This document shows, one piece after another, positions 12,179-23,537 of a DNA stretch of 64,000 nucleotides (position 1 is the stretch's first letter; every line of letters begins with the position of its first letter). Where the stretch lies: contig CAWIJC010000004.1 in NCBI GenBank assembly GCA_963836365.1, positions 72,251-136,250 on the forward strand. Direction: 5' to 3'. The position numbers were made by a program, and so were the translations under genes. This DNA is from an uncultured Actinomycetes bacterium (lineage in GTDB: Bacteria; Actinomycetota; Acidimicrobiia; IMCC26256; PALSA-610). The notes beneath the pieces were generated by a model. It worked only from the letters and a program-made list of their open reading frames with translations, had not been told where the DNA came from and did no database searches.

Positions 12179-12754
12179 TTGGTTCGGGGCGACGCGCAAC
12201 ACGACGACGCGCTCGCGACGCGTGCCGCCCGCGGCGACAGCGAAGCGCTCGACGAGCTCCTGCGCCGCCACTCGCAGCTGGTACACGCGGTCTGTCGCCG
12301 CGTGCTGGGCAATCCCGACGACGCGCTCGACGCCATGCAGAACGCGTTGATGTCGATCGCGCGGAAGATCCACCTGTTCGACGGTCGTGCGCGCTTTTCC
12401 ACGTGGTGTTATCGCGTTGCAACGAACGCGGCGCTCGACGAAGCGCGCCGTCGCAGCCGCCGTCCGGTGCCGACCGATACGCTCGCTGAGCAGTCGCGTG
12501 ACGCTGCGCAACCCGACACGCAGGTCGCGGACCGCCTCGACATCGACGCTGCGCTCGCGCAGCTGACTCCCGAGTACCGCGCCGCGGTCGCACTGCGCGA
12601 CCTCGTCGGCATGGACTACGCCGAGATCGGAGACGTCCTCGGCGTCCCGCCTGGCACCGTCCGCTCGCGCATCGCCCGGGGACGGGCTGCCCTCGCCGAC
12701 CTGCTCGGGAACCGCGAGGCCCCTTCCGAGCATCAAAGCCCCCGAACACCATGA
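12179..12754 (+). CDS. sigM: ECF sigma factor (SigM-like)
   Basis: Region 2 (DALDAMQNAL, FSTWCYRVATN) and region 4 (YAEIGDVLGVPPGTVRSRIARGR). Syntenic with actinobacterial sigM before trxB. Start codon is uncertain. Confidence 0.8.
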   Translation: MVRGDAQHDDALATRAARGDSEALDELLRRHSQLVHAVCRRVLGNPDDALDAMQNALMSIARKIHLFDGRARFSTWCYRVATNAALDEARRRSRRPVPTDTLAEQSRDAAQPDTQVADRLDIDAALAQLTPEYRAAVALRDLVGMDYAEIGDVLGVPPGTVRSRIARGRAALADLLGNREAPSEHQSPRTP

Positions 12755-13570
12755 ACGACACCGCGCCCCTGACTGCCGGGCAGATAGACGAGCTCCTCTC
12801 GGCCGAGCTCGACGGCGAGTTCGACGCGGCCGCCCGCGACCTGGGATACGAGCCCGAGGCCGCCCGGTCCCACCTCGAACGCGTGCACGGAGTCGACGCG
12901 CGCCGCACGGCCTTGGCCGCGGCGCGCGACGCGCTCGCGCCGGCCACCACCGACGGACGAGCTGGCAGTGGCACGGCTCGCGGCGAAGGCCCTCAGGGAG
13001 TGGGCCGACACACGCGAGCGCAGCGCGAATGCACGCCGTCAGCGCCGCCGCCGCCGCTCGTACGCGGTCGCGGGCGGTCTCGCCGCCACGATCGCGGTCA
13101 TTGCCGGACTCTCGACGATCGCGCGCGACTCGAACACGAATGCATCCAAGAAGGCCGCATCGTCGCGCGCCGCACCGGCAACGACGGGTCCCGCGCGCAC
13201 CCTCGAGGTCGACTTCGGCGCCGTGAGCGACGTTCGCACGCTTGTTGCGCGCGCCCGTGCCAATCGCGGCGAGCCCGCAACCGCGGCACCGCAGCCGGCT
13301 TCCGACGGGATCCAAGGGGACGGCGGCCTCGCCCCGGCTTCACCGGCTTCGCAAAAGGCACGGAACCCGATCGCGGGCGTGCGGGCATGCGCGACCGAGG
13401 CCGCGAGCTTGAGCGGGCAGTCGGCGCCGGCGGTGCGCGGCACCGCGAAGGTCGACGGCCGCCGGGTGCTCGTCTTCGTGTATCGCACGAGCACCGACGA
13501 GCGTGTGATCGTCCTGACCGGAACGTGCGAACTGCTGACGCAGGAGATCGGGCCGCCGACCACTGCCTGA
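12751..13570 (+). CDS. Putative membrane-anchored anti-sigma factor (RsmA-like; frameshift near 12960)
   Basis: ATGA overlap with the sigma gene, an ELLSAELDGE anti-sigma-like start, one TM helix, and a C-terminal domain with two Cys. Confidence 0.7.
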
Positions 13571-13663
13571 CCTCATCCGGGACCTGGCCTGCGGGTCGAG
13601 GGTCCGGAAGTGGTCGGCCGACCGGCATGTACGCTGCCCGGCCGGGAACCTCCCACCACGACG

Positions 13664-13939
13664 ATGAGCGACTGGACCACCGACGCCGCCGATGCCATCG
13701 ACCGTACGGTCGCGCTGATCCGCGAGCGTACGGTCGAGCCCGCGCAGGCGATCACCCGCGCCGTTGTGTACGGCCTCCTCGCAGCACTGGTAGCGATCCC
13801 GGCGCTGGTGCTGGCCGTGATCATGCTCTTTCGCCTGCTGGTGATCGCGTGGCAGGGCTACGCCTGGGCGGCATGGGTCACGCTCGGTGGAATCTTTGTC
13901 CTGGCCGGCCTGTTCGTGTGGAGCAAGCGCAATTCGTGA
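13664..13939 (+). CDS. Small two-TM membrane protein
   Basis: Amphipathic N-terminus followed by two hydrophobic helices; fills the gap before trxB. Confidence 0.75.
   Translation: MSDWTTDAADAIDRTVALIRERTVEPAQAITRAVVYGLLAALVAIPALVLAVIMLFRLLVIAWQGYAWAAWVTLGGIFVLAGLFVWSKRNS
13889..13914 (+). promoter_or_regulatory. SigR/SigH-type (thiol stress) promoter for trxB-trxA
   Basis: GGAAT(13889-13893)-N18-GTT(13912-13914) matches the Streptomyces SigR and mycobacterial SigH consensus, about 55 nt before trxB. Confidence 0.65.
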
Positions 13940-13970
13940 TCCGGCTGACGACAAGCGAGAGATCTGACCT

Positions 13971-14915
13971 ATGACCGCGCAGGCAGTCGTCATCATCGGA
14001 TCCGGACCGGCCGGCCTCACCGCCGCGGTCTACACCGCACGCGCCAACCTGCATCCGGTGATCATCGAAGGACTTCAGGCCGGTGGGCAGCTGATGCTCA
14101 CTACCGATGTCGAGAACTATCCCGGTTTTCCCGACGGAATCATGGGCCCGGAACTGATGGCGAAGTTCCGCGAGCAAGCGGCGCGCTTCGGTGCCGAGTT
14201 CGTGACGGCCGACGTCGACCGCGTCGACTTCAGCGGATCGCGCGGACGCGCGTGGGTCGGGAGCACCGAGTACGAGGCCAAAGCGGTGATCATCTCGACG
14301 GGCGCGCAGGCGCGCATGCTCGGCGTGCCTTCGGAGCAACGACTGCTCGGTCACGGCGTGTCCACGTGCGCGACTTGCGATGGGTTCTTCTTTCGCGGCC
14401 AGAACATCGCGGTCGTAGGCGGCGGCGACTCCGCGCTCGAAGAAGCGAACTTCCTGACGCGCTTCGCCGAGAAGGTCACGGTTGTGCATCGCCGCAAGGA
14501 GCTACGCGCATCGAAGATCATGCAGGATCGCGCGTTCGCGAACCCGAAGCTCGAATTTCGTTGGAACACCATCGTGGACGACTTCGTCGGTGAGAGCCGT
14601 GTCGACGCGTTGCGACTGCGCGACGTCGAGACCGGCAACGTCGACGACCTCGCGGTAGCGGGCGTGTTCGTGGCGATCGGCCACATCCCGAACACGCGGC
14701 TGTTCACCGGCCAGCTCGAGCTCGACGAGAACGGCTACGTCGCCACGTTGCCCGGCACCACGCAGACGTCGGTCACCGGAGTGTTCGCCGCCGGCGATGT
14801 CCAGGACCATGTCTACCGGCAAGCGGTGACTGCCGCGGGTACGGGATGCATGGCGGCGCTCGACGCCGAGCGGTACCTCGAAACGCTCGCGGACGTGCAA
14901 AGCTCGACCGGGTAG
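13971..14915 (+). CDS. trxB: Thioredoxin reductase
   Basis: Motifs [24 protein letters not shown] and VFAAGDV. Confidence 0.97.
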   Translation: MTAQAVVIIGSGPAGLTAAVYTARANLHPVIIEGLQAGGQLMLTTDVENYPGFPDGIMGPELMAKFREQAARFGAEFVTADVDRVDFSGSRGRAWVGSTEYEAKAVIISTGAQARMLGVPSEQRLLGHGVSTCATCDGFFFRGQNIAVVGGGDSALEEANFLTRFAEKVTVVHRRKELRASKIMQDRAFANPKLEFRWNTIVDDFVGESRVDALRLRDVETGNVDDLAVAGVFVAIGHIPNTRLFTGQLELDENGYVATLPGTTQTSVTGVFAAGDVQDHVYRQAVTAAGTGCMAALDAERYLETLADVQSSTG

Positions 14916-14930
14916 GAGAAAGGATCAGCC

Positions 14931-15260
14931 GTGTCTGACGCAATTGTGACGCTCTCGGATGCCACCTTCGATGAGTCGATCGGCGCCGCCGAGGTGCCCG
15001 TGGTCGTCGACTTCTGGGCCGAGTGGTGCGGGCCCTGCAAGATGATCGCGCCGGTACTTGAAGACATCGCCACCGCGCACCCCGCGCAGCTGCAGGTCGG
15101 AAAGCTCAACGTCGATGACAACCCGAACGTTGCCCGGCGCTTCGAGGTGCTGAGCATTCCGACGCTGCTCGTGTTCGTCGACGGTGAAGTCAAGAAGCGC
15201 TTGGTCGGCGCGAAGGGCAAGGCCCAGTTGCTCGAGGAGCTCGCCGAGTTCATCGGGTAG
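14931..15260 (+). CDS. trxA: Thioredoxin
   Basis: WCGPC active site and SIPTL. Confidence 0.97.
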   Translation: MSDAIVTLSDATFDESIGAAEVPVVVDFWAEWCGPCKMIAPVLEDIATAHPAQLQVGKLNVDDNPNVARRFEVLSIPTLLVFVDGEVKKRLVGAKGKAQLLEELAEFIG

Positions 15261-15278
15261 CTCGCGCGATCCTGTTCG

Positions 15279-16277
15279 GTGGCCCCTCCCACCTTGCTCC
15301 GGCTCGGACACCGCGGCGACGCGGTCACCGATATCCAGCAACGTCTCGTAGCCGAGGGCGCACGCATAGTAGCGACCGGTGTCTACGACGACGCCACCGA
15401 GGCCGCCGTCCGCACGTTCCAGGTGGGTCGGGGGCTGCGTGTCGACGGTATCTGCGGACCCGAGACCTGGGGTGCGTTGATCGAGAGCGGGTTTGCGCTC
15501 GGTGATCGAATGCTCTACCTGTGCCGGCCGATGTTGCGGGGTGATGACATCGGAGCGCTGCAGCGCCGGCTCAACGCGCTGGGCTTCGATGCAGGCCGCG
15601 AGGATGGCATCTTCGGTCCCGCGACAGAATCCGCGCTCGGCAGCTTCCAACGCGACGCCGGGCTGGCGTCCGACAAGGTGTGCGGCCCGGCCACGGTGGC
15701 CGCGCTCGGGCGACTCGGCGCGCTCGCCGACGGGTCGGTCGCAACCGTACGTGAGCGCGACACACTGCGGCGCGGCGGCAGAACCCTCGACGGCTTCCGC
15801 GTGTTCCTCGCGGGCGACCTCGGCGTCGCCGCGCTCGCGACCGCCGTCGCGAGCGGCCTGCGCCGGCGCGGTGCGATCGTCGGGCTCGACACCTCCGGCG
15901 AGGACGCAACGCTCGTTGCCGCGACCGCGAACCGCTTCGACGCGGGAGCGTTCCTCGCGCTGACCACCGGCGGCGATGCAGGCGCCCGGTGCGCCTACTT
16001 CGCGAACAATGCGTTCCGCTCCGAAGGCGGCTACTGCCTCGCGGAACGCTTGACCGTCGCGTTACGGTCTGTGCTTCCCGCGGTAGGCGCGCCCGAAGGG
16101 CGCACGTATCAGTTGCTGCGCGAGACGCGCATGGCGGCGGTCGTATGCGAGTTGACCCCCCGCGACGACGTCGAGCGCGATGGCCACGCTCGCCCGGCAG
16201 ATGCCGGTCGTCGCGGAAGCGATCATCGACGGAGTGCGCCGTGGCGTCGAAGAGCCCGTCGACGTCCAGTTCGCTGA
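15279..16277 (+). CDS. cwlM: CwlM-like protein: two PG-binding domains plus a degenerate Amidase_3 domain
   Basis: Repeats of AVRTFQ..GL..DGICGPETW and FQRDAGL..DKVCGPAT, and LLRETRMAAVVCEL. Syntenic after trxA. The 3' end is probably frameshifted. Confidence 0.75.
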   Translation: MAPPTLLRLGHRGDAVTDIQQRLVAEGARIVATGVYDDATEAAVRTFQVGRGLRVDGICGPETWGALIESGFALGDRMLYLCRPMLRGDDIGALQRRLNALGFDAGREDGIFGPATESALGSFQRDAGLASDKVCGPATVAALGRLGALADGSVATVRERDTLRRGGRTLDGFRVFLAGDLGVAALATAVASGLRRRGAIVGLDTSGEDATLVAATANRFDAGAFLALTTGGDAGARCAYFANNAFRSEGGYCLAERLTVALRSVLPAVGAPEGRTYQLLRETRMAAVVCELTPRDDVERDGHARPADAGRRGSDHRRSAPWRRRARRRPVR

Positions 16278-16290
16278 GTGCGGCGGGCGG

Positions 16291-17170
16291 TCACACCTCG
16301 GTCTGCGCGCCTCGGGTCATCGCACGATAGATGCGCTCGAGATCCTCGAGGTTCGCGAAGTCGATCTGGACACGGCCGTGACGCGGTCCCATCGTGATGC
16401 GGACACGGGTCTCGAGGTAGTCGCCGAGGAGCTCCTCGAGCTCGAGCAGCCCAGGCGGCCGGAGACGTGAGCCGGTCGACGGTTGCGCGGCAGCACGCTC
16501 CGACCGGCGCGTCCTCATCGATTGCGGATTGCCTCCTCGACCTCGCGTACCGACAGATCGTCGGTCGCAGCCGTGCGCGCCAGCTGTTCCTGGAACGCGC
16601 GGTCGGGCGTACCGAGGAGCGCGCGGGCATGGCCCATGCGGAGCGTGCCCTCTTTCAACGAGCGCTGGATCGAAGGCGGCAGCTGCAGGAGCCGGAGCGT
16701 GTTCGAGATCGTCGCGCGGCTCTTGCCGACTCGCGTCGCGACCTCGTCGTGCGTGAAAGAGAAGTCCTCGATCAGCTGCTGGTACGCCGCCGCTTCCTCG
16801 AGTGGGTTCAACTCTCGCGTTGTACGTTCTCGACGATCGCTTGTTGCAGGACCGCGGCGTCGTCGGCGACGCGCACGATCGCCGGGATCGTATGAAGCCC
16901 GACACGGCGGGCGGCACGCCAGCGGCGCTCGCCCGCGATGAGCTCGTAGCCCTCGCCCACCACGCGTACGAGCACCGGCTGGAGCACGCCGACTTCGCGG
17001 ATCGACTCGCCCAGCGCGGCGAGCGTCTCCTCGTCGAAGTGCTCGCGCGGCTGTTGAGGGTTCGGCCGGATCGATGAGATCGGAACGTTCTCGAGTCCGC
17101 CGATGCCCTCGGCGACGCCCGTCGGGATAAGCGCCCCGAGCCCCCTACCCAATCCGCCGGGTCGCGCCAC
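16291..17170 (-). CDS. parB: Chromosome partitioning protein ParB (frameshifts near 16810 and 16500)
   Basis: Motifs GLGRGLGALIP, LIAGERRWRAA, ENVQRE, NPLEEAAAY and the HTH VGKSRATISNTLRLL. Confidence 0.95.
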
Positions 17171-18239
17171 GGCTGACCTCCTTCGCCAGTTCGCGGTATG
17201 CCAGCGATCCGCGTGACGCCGCGTCGAACACCGTGACGGGCTGCCCGAACGACGGCGCCTCCGAGATCCGTACGGTGCGCGGAACGACCGTGCGGTACAC
17301 CTTGGCGCCGAAGTGTGCGCGCACCTCGCGCTCGACCTGCTCCGCAAGCTTCGTCCACGCGTCGTACATCGTGAGCACGATGCCGCGAACATCAAGACCC
17401 GGGTTGAGGTTCGTCTTCACGAGCGCGACATTCCGCAGGAGCTGGCCCAGACCTTCGAGCGCGTAGTACTCGCACTGGATCGGCACGACGACGTCGTCGG
17501 AAGCTGCGAGACCGTTGACGGTCAACAGGCCGAGCGACGGTGGACAGTCGATGATGGTGAAGTCGTAGTCGTCGCGCACGTTGGCCAGCGCCCGCCGGAG
17601 CTTGAGCTCGCGCGAGAAGGCGGGAACGAGCTCGATCTCGGCGCCGGCAAGGTCGATGGTCGCCGGCACGACGAACAGGTTGCGCACGCTCGTCGGCTCG
17701 ACACAGTCGTCGATCGCGGCGTCGTTCATGATCACGTCGTAGATCGAGCCCGTGACGTTCCGATGGCTGATGCCCATCCCCGTCGTTGCGTTACCTTGCG
17801 GGTCGAGGTCGATGACAAGCACCCGGAAACCCTGCTCGGCGAGCGCGGCGCCGAGATTGACCGCCGTCGTCGTTTTCCCGACCCCACCCTTCTGGTTAGC
17901 GATCGAGATGATCCGCGGCAACGTCATCGGCTCGGGACCCTCGCCTCCCCACGCACGCATGGAGGACAGGGTCTCGACCGCGAGGTCCGCCCCACTCTCT
18001 TGCTCGGGGGCCGTCTCCGGATCGACGCGGAGGTCGTCATCCTGCCCGATGTGCATGTCGTCGCGCTCATTCCGCTCGTCGTGCGGAAGATCTTCGACCG
18101 CCGGAACGGTCTCTACGGCACTCCGTTCATTGGTCGGCATCGCGACCTCCTCCGGGGTTGACGCGCTCGCGCCGCTCGAAGACCCGAGGATCTTGAACCT
18201 GCGGCGGCGACCGCGCGACACCGCTTCGTCAGATGCCAT
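17145..18239 (-). CDS. parA: ParA/Soj ATPase with a long N-terminal extension (start uncertain)
   Basis: Motifs NQKGGVGKTTT, DLDPQGNAT, DCPPSLG and EAPSFG. Confidence 0.93.
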   Translation of the reverse strand: MASDEAVSRGRRRRFKILGSSSGASASTPEEVAMPTNERSAVETVPAVEDLPHDERNERDDMHIGQDDDLRVDPETAPEQESGADLAVETLSSMRAWGGEGPEPMTLPRIISIANQKGGVGKTTTAVNLGAALAEQGFRVLVIDLDPQGNATTGMGISHRNVTGSIYDVIMNDAAIDDCVEPTSVRNLFVVPATIDLAGAEIELVPAFSRELKLRRALANVRDDYDFTIIDCPPSLGLLTVNGLAASDDVVVPIQCEYYALEGLGQLLRNVALVKTNLNPGLDVRGIVLTMYDAWTKLAEQVEREVRAHFGAKVYRTVVPRTVRISEAPSFGQPVTVFDAASRGSLAYRELAKEVSRGATRRIG

Positions 18240-18355
18240 TCGTCGCCTCCGCAGGGGGCGTGCACGTGTGGGGACGGGTCGCCGCGGCCTCGAGCTGCGG
18301 CAAGGCGTGCGGATCGTACTACCGCGGCTCATCGATGCAACAGGGCGCGTGCGGA

Positions 18356-18371
18356 TGTTTCACGTGGAACG
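18356..18371. promoter_or_regulatory. parS site 1
   Basis: TGTTTCACGTGGAACG matches the parS palindrome consensus, upstream of parAB. Confidence 0.9.
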
Positions 18372-18426
18372 TCTTCTCTCCGGACTTCTTGGTCGGCGAC
18401 GCGCGCAGCGGCGATCCAGCGGGCGG

Positions 18427-18442
18427 CGTTCCACGTGGAACA
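18427..18442. promoter_or_regulatory. parS site 2
   Basis: CGTTCCACGTGGAACA, with a perfect 14-bp palindromic core. Confidence 0.9.
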
Positions 18443-19072
18443 TCACCAACGTGGGCGCTTGCTCGGCCGGCCGACGCGCCGGGGAACGGCATCCGACACT
18501 GCCTCGACCTTCGGAATACGCACGAAGTCCGCGTTCTGTAACGTCAGCGGCTCGGCTGGGGCCAGCCCGAGTGATGCGAGCTGCTCCGGCGGCCATCGCG
18601 TCTCATCGTCCGTCGGAGGCTCGCTCACGATTACCGCGCCGCCCGGTGTGATCAACGGGCTGGCGAGCTCCGCGGTGACCGCCGGGCCGCTGAAGGAACG
18701 CGCGGTCACGATCTCGAACTGCTCGCGGTAACCCGGCCGTCGCCCCGTGACCTCGGCCCGCTCTTCGACCACCTCGATTCTCGCATCGAGGACCAGGAGC
18801 TCGAGCTCGCCGCGCAGATGCACGGCCCGGCGGTGTGCACTTTCGACGAGTGCCCCCCGGGCGCACGGCCAGTGGGTCGCGAGGATCAGGCCTGGCACAC
18901 CGCCGCCCGAGCCGAGGTCGAGGTACGAGCGCGGCGGTCTCCCGAGATGGGCCTCGGTGGCGGCGGCGAAACCGGTGGCGTGCTGCAGGTGTGCGTCGAT
19001 CGGTCCCGGGCCGAGGAAGCCGAGCGCACGCGCCCGCAGCAGGCTCGCGCGCAGCGCTTCCTCCGCGCTCAC
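18443..19072 (-). CDS. rsmG: 16S rRNA m7G527 methyltransferase
   Basis: Motifs LDLGSGGGVPGL and VTARSF; canonical position between jag and parA. Confidence 0.92.
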   Translation of the reverse strand: MSAEEALRASLLRARALGFLGPGPIDAHLQHATGFAAATEAHLGRPPRSYLDLGSGGGVPGLILATHWPCARGALVESAHRRAVHLRGELELLVLDARIEVVEERAEVTGRRPGYREQFEIVTARSFSGPAVTAELASPLITPGGAVIVSEPPTDDETRWPPEQLASLGLAPAEPLTLQNADFVRIPKVEAVSDAVPRRVGRPSKRPRW

Positions 19073-19981
19073 TCGGGCCGGATCACCACCCGCCGGCGCG
19101 GGTCCTCGCCCTCGGACACGGTCGTCACACCGTCGATCTCGGCGACGGTGTCGTGCACGACCTTGCGATCGGCCGAGGACATCGGCTCGAGCGAGCGTGC
19201 TTCTCCCGCCAGCTCGACCTCGCCCGCAACCTTGCGAGCGAAGGCGGCGAGCGCCTCGTGTCGGCGCTCGCGATATCCGGCGACGTCGACATGCACGCGG
19301 GCCGTGTGGCCACCCGCGTGGTGTTGGACAGCCGCCCGCACGACCTCCTCGAGCGCGTGCAGGGTCACGCCCTTGGGCCCCACCAGCACGCCGAGGTTGT
19401 CACCCTCGATCTTCACGGTGAGATCGTCCTCGCCGACGTCAGTCGAGACCGTGCCCTCGAAACCCATCGTCCGCACGAGCTCTCCCGCGAACTCGGCCGC
19501 GTGGGCCGCTTGCTCCTCTACGGGCATCGTCCCGACGTCCACTTCCGTCTCCCACTCGTCATTCCGACCGCTGCTCTCGCCGGCGGGCGTACGCGTGCCC
19601 GCGCCGTTGCCGCTCCGTGCTCCGCCCGATCCTCCACGGCTGCCACCGCGGCCACGCCGCCGTCGCGTGCCGGAGCGCTCACCGACGTTCCCGCCGCCGG
19701 TCTTCGTGGCGTCATCAGCGAGGGCTGTTGGCGCGCGCTCGCGGGTCCCGCCGGTACGGGAGCTCTGGCGATCAGGGCGGCGGCGGCGGCGGTCGACAGG
19801 CTTCTCCCGCGACAACGGCTTCACCCGTGCCGCGTATGCGAGCGTCCGGGCGGCGAAACAATCCGCCGCGGCGCTCGTCGATGACCTCGAACTCGAGTTC
19901 GTCCTCGACGACCCCGAGCCGGTCGAGGGCCAATTCCTTCGCCTCTTCGACGGTTCGGGCGGTGACCTCGATCCAGTCCAT
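19069..19981 (-). CDS. jag: Jag/KhpB RNA-binding protein (frameshift near 19850)
   Basis: Jag_N (TVEEAKELAL), KH (LVGPKGVTLHAL) and R3H (RKVVHD; SEGEDPRRRVVI) domains. Confidence 0.92.
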
Positions 19982-19983
19982 TG

Positions 19984-21081
19984 TCAACGCTTCCGCTTCT
20001 TCTTCCGGCGCGCTGCACTCGATCCCGTCCGTTTCGCCGCACCGCCACCCCCGGCGGCACCGCCACTGCCCGCGCCTGCGCGCCGCGCCGGCTGTTGCTG
20101 GCCGGCCTTGGTGGCGTCGTTCGGCGCAGACTTCGCACCGGGGTTCGCCTCCCGCTTCGCCTCGGTCTTGGCGTCGCCCTTCTCGTCCGACTTCGCGGCG
20201 GACTTCGCGGCGCTACTCGGAAAACCAGGGTGCTCTTCCTCGTACATCTTGTTGAGCACGAAATGCTGCTGACCGATGCGCCACCCGTTCGAGATCGCGA
20301 AGTACACGGTGACCGCCGCGGCGAGCCCGTACGAGATGAACCCGAAGAACAGCGGCATGATGCGCGTCACGGTCTGCATCTGTTTGTTGACCGGCGCGCC
20401 CTGGCGCAACTGCCGAGCCTGTGTTTGTCGAACCTGATACCAGCCGGTGAAGATGACAATCGCAAGGACGATCAACCACGGCAGTGCGTACCCGATCCCC
20501 TCCTGCACCGCCTGCGCGGTCGACTGGTTCAACTCCATGCCGAGGAAGTGCATCGCCCGCGGCGGGTGGGCGTTGATGTGCGCAGTGCACTCGACGTCCT
20601 CCGCCCGTTTGCCCTCCGGGAACGGCCGTTTGACCGACGGTGGCAACACCACCCCTTGGTCGTTGCTGCAGAGGTCGACGTACAGCTGCTTCATCGACCC
20701 TTCGCGTGGCACGTGCGCCTGGATACCCGGGTGACGGAACGTGCCGAACACCGCGAATCCGATCGGAATGATCAGCAGCATTGGCAGACAACCGGCGAGC
20801 GGGTTGATCTTGTTCTCTTGGTAGAACTTCATCAACTCTTCGTTTTGCTTCTGCCGGTCCTCCTTGAATTTCTGTTGGATCTTCTTGATCTCCGGCTGCA
20901 CCCGCTGCATCAGGATCATTGAGCGCGTCTGCTTCGCGATCAGCGGGAACTGCACTGCCATGACGATCAGCGTCATCAGGATGATCGAGATACCGAGGCT
21001 GTGTGGCGGCAGCCGGTAGAAGAGTGCGAGCAACCAGCCGATGACGTTGTAGAGCGGATCGAACGGACTGCTCGCTAGCAC
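19984..21081 (-). CDS. yidC: Membrane protein insertase YidC
   Basis: Motifs [21 protein letters not shown] and [13 protein letters not shown], plus a basic C-terminal tail. Confidence 0.95.
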   Translation of the reverse strand: MLASSPFDPLYNVIGWLLALFYRLPPHSLGISIILMTLIVMAVQFPLIAKQTRSMILMQRVQPEIKKIQQKFKEDRQKQNEELMKFYQENKINPLAGCLPMLLIIPIGFAVFGTFRHPGIQAHVPREGSMKQLYVDLCSNDQGVVLPPSVKRPFPEGKRAEDVECTAHINAHPPRAMHFLGMELNQSTAQAVQEGIGYALPWLIVLAIVIFTGWYQVRQTQARQLRQGAPVNKQMQTVTRIMPLFFGFISYGLAAAVTVYFAISNGWRIGQQHFVLNKMYEEEHPGFPSSAAKSAAKSDEKGDAKTEAKREANPGAKSAPNDATKAGQQQPARRAGAGSGGAAGGGGAAKRTGSSAARRKKKRKR

Positions 21082-21341
21082 GGGTGGGCCTCTTGGGGTG
21101 CGGGCGCAGAGCGCTGTGCGGGGACCGGATCGAAGCCCGAGCCGCCCCACGGATGACACCGGCCGAGTCGACGCATCGCGAGCCACGTTCCGCGCGCAGC
21201 GCCGTGCACTTCGATTGCCTCGACGGCATAGGACGAACAACCCGGCGTGTACCGGCACGGGGACTGCCGGTACACGCTCAAGGCCTGATAGAGGTTGATG
21301 GCACGAACCAGCGCTCGCGCCGTCAGTGATCGTTGTGTCAC
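21075..21341 (-). CDS. yidD: Membrane protein insertion efficiency factor
   Basis: Motifs [11 protein letters not shown] and [14 protein letters not shown]. Confidence 0.95.
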   Translation of the reverse strand: MTQRSLTARALVRAINLYQALSVYRQSPCRYTPGCSSYAVEAIEVHGAARGTWLAMRRLGRCHPWGGSGFDPVPAQRSAPAPQEAHPC

Positions 21342-21670
21342 GATTCGGGCTTCAGTTCGAGGAAGATGCCACGGAGTGCGCTCTGAAGCTCGCGATATGT
21401 AGATGTTGCTGCATTCGGATGCACGCGCACGACATACCCCCAGCCGGGCTGTAGAAGTTGCGCGTGCTCACGGGTCGCCGCGCGCAGGCGCCGCCGGACG
21501 CGGTTGCGGACCACCGAGTTCCCGACGGCGCGGCTGACGGCATAGGCCACGCGCGGTGGTGTGTCCATCCGATCGACCCGCGTCGCACTCACCTCGACCG
21601 GTCCCGCTCGACGGCGTCGCCCCCCGGCAATCGCCCGAAACGTTGCACGATCACGCACCCGCCAGATCAG
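21338..21670 (-). CDS. rnpA: Ribonuclease P protein component
   Basis: RNR motif in [15 protein letters not shown]. Start is either a CTG overlapping the rpmH stop or GTG 21658. Confidence 0.92.
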   Translation of the reverse strand: MIWRVRDRATFRAIAGGRRRRAGPVEVSATRVDRMDTPPRVAYAVSRAVGNSVVRNRVRRRLRAATREHAQLLQPGWGYVVRVHPNAATSTYRELQSALRGIFLELKPES

Positions 21671-21801
21671 GCCGAGACGCTGGAGCGACCCTTGCTGCGC
21701 CGGCGCCCGATGACCGCTCGCCCGCCGCGGGTCCGCATCCGGATCCGAAAGCCGTGCGTCTTCTTGCGCTTCCGGTTGTTCGGTTGAAAGGTCCTCTTCA
21801 C
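21667..21801 (-). CDS. rpmH: 50S ribosomal protein L34
   Basis: [22 protein letters not shown]; GTG start with SD GAGGAGG. Confidence 0.97.
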   Translation of the reverse strand: MKRTFQPNNRKRKKTHGFRIRMRTRGGRAVIGRRRSKGRSSVSA

Positions 21802-21968
21802 GCATGGCCTCCTCGAGCGCCCGGGCCAGAGGGAGAGGGCCCAGGGGCGATGCGCGGCGCAGGATGCAGGTCGCGCCGACGCCTGCGCGCGCAAGTGGAC
21901 ATGGCAGTGTACGCCTGTCGCGGGCCGCCAGCAACGCGGCACGCACCTGGCAAAGGTTGCTTGTTGCC

Positions 21969-22103
21969 CTGTCCACAGCGCGCTAGCGTGCCCCTTCCCG
22001 CGCAGCTGGCCGGCCCCGGCCGCGCGGGACTTCCCCGTCATGGCCGAGGAGCGGCCGGCCCCCGGGTCTGCTTCTCCACACGTGTGGAAAGCCCTGTGGA
22101 TAA
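21969..22103. promoter_or_regulatory. DnaA box cluster upstream of dnaA
   Basis: CTGTCCACA 21969, TTCTCCACA 22072, TGTGGAAAG 22083 and a perfect TGTGGATAA at 22095. Confidence 0.85.
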
Positions 22104-22133
22104 GGGGCTCGTGGCTACATCGGGGAGTCGACC

Positions 22134-23537
22134 GTGGGCACTCGAGCGGCAGATGACCTCTGGTCGAAGGTGTCAGCGGCCGTACGGGCACAGCTCTCCG
22201 AAGCGACCTGGAACACCTGGTTCCAGGGCGTGCATGCGCAGGACCTGACCGACGATGCGCTGCTCCTCGGCGTCCCGAGCACGGTCGCTGTCGACCGTAT
22301 TCGCACGAGCTATCTGGGCCTGCTCGCCGACGCCGTGCAGGCGTTGACCGGCGTTCCCCACCGCATCGACCTCGCGGTGGCGACGGCAGCGCGTCTCGAG
22401 CACACTGCGGGTCGCAACCTCGCGCCGGCGGTGCCGCTCGTGCGGCGCGTGGAAGATCGCGCGCAGGTACCCGAGATCGAATCGATCTCGCGGTGGCCGA
22501 CGACCCAGCTCAACCCGCGCTACACGTTCGATCAGTTCGTGATCGGCGCGTCCAACCGTTTCGCCCACGCGGCCGCGCTCTCGGTCGCGGAGAGCCCCGC
22601 CCGTTCCTACAACCCGCTGTTCATCTATGGCGCGGCGGGACTCGGCAAGACCCACCTGCTGCATGCGATCGGTCACCACGTGCGTGCGTTGTTCTCGAGC
22701 AAGCGAGTTCGCTACGTCTCGACCGAGACGATGATGAACGAGTTCGTCGACGCCATGCGCTCGAAGGGCATGCCGGGTTTCAAGCGCCGGTACCGCGAGG
22801 TCGACGTGCTGCTCGTCGACGACATCCAGTTCCTGGAGCGCACCGAGCAGCTCCAGGAGGAGTTCTTCTACACGTTCAATGACCTGCACGGGCGCGGCAG
22901 TCAGATCGTGATCTCGTCCGACCGGCCCCCGAAGTCGATCGCAACGATCGAAGACCGACTCCGCAGCCGGTTCGAATGGGGCCTGATCACCGACGTGCAA
23001 CCGCCGGAGTTCGAGACCCGGCTCGCGATCTTGCGCAAGAAGGCCGAGGCCGAGCACCTCGACGGGATCCCGAACGACGTGCTGGCCTTCATCGCCGACA
23101 GCGTCGTCGACAACGTACGTGAGCTCGAGGGCTCGCTGATTCGCGTCGCGGCATACTCGAGCCTCCACCGCGTTCCGCTCACCGACGACGTCGCGAAGGA
23201 AGTGCTCGCTGACTTGCTACCTGCGACCCGCCCGCGGGTGATCACCCCGCAGGTCATTCTCGAGGAGACCGCGAAGATGTTCGGCTGGACCATCGACGAC
23301 TTGTGCGGCAAGAGCCGGCGCCGGCCGTTGGTCACCGCCCGCCAAATAGGCATGTACGTCTTCAGGGAGTTGACCGACTACAGCTATCCGAAGATCGCAG
23401 AGGAGTTCGGCGGTCGTGACCACACGACCGTGATGCACGCGTGCGAGAAGATCCGAGGCCAGATGGCCGAGAAGAAAGTGGTCTTCGAGCAGGTGAACGA
23501 GCTCATCAGCCGGATCAAGCACGGCGCGAGTGGATAA
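22134..23537 (+). CDS. dnaA: Chromosomal replication initiator DnaA
   Basis: Motifs [36 protein letters not shown] and [11 protein letters not shown]. Confidence 0.98.
   Translation: MGTRAADDLWSKVSAAVRAQLSEATWNTWFQGVHAQDLTDDALLLGVPSTVAVDRIRTSYLGLLADAVQALTGVPHRIDLAVATAARLEHTAGRNLAPAVPLVRRVEDRAQVPEIESISRWPTTQLNPRYTFDQFVIGASNRFAHAAALSVAESPARSYNPLFIYGAAGLGKTHLLHAIGHHVRALFSSKRVRYVSTETMMNEFVDAMRSKGMPGFKRRYREVDVLLVDDIQFLERTEQLQEEFFYTFNDLHGRGSQIVISSDRPPKSIATIEDRLRSRFEWGLITDVQPPEFETRLAILRKKAEAEHLDGIPNDVLAFIADSVVDNVRELEGSLIRVAAYSSLHRVPLTDDVAKEVLADLLPATRPRVITPQVILEETAKMFGWTIDDLCGKSRRRPLVTARQIGMYVFRELTDYSYPKIAEEFGGRDHTTVMHACEKIRGQMAEKKVVFEQVNELISRIKHGASG

Noticed and set aside
11333-12754. Apparent DegV-ECF sigma fusion (473-aa ORF)
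   Set aside because: The conserved DegV C-terminus (IGPVIGVHTGP) lies in a shifted frame with its own stop at 12173. The fusion results from an indel near 12057.
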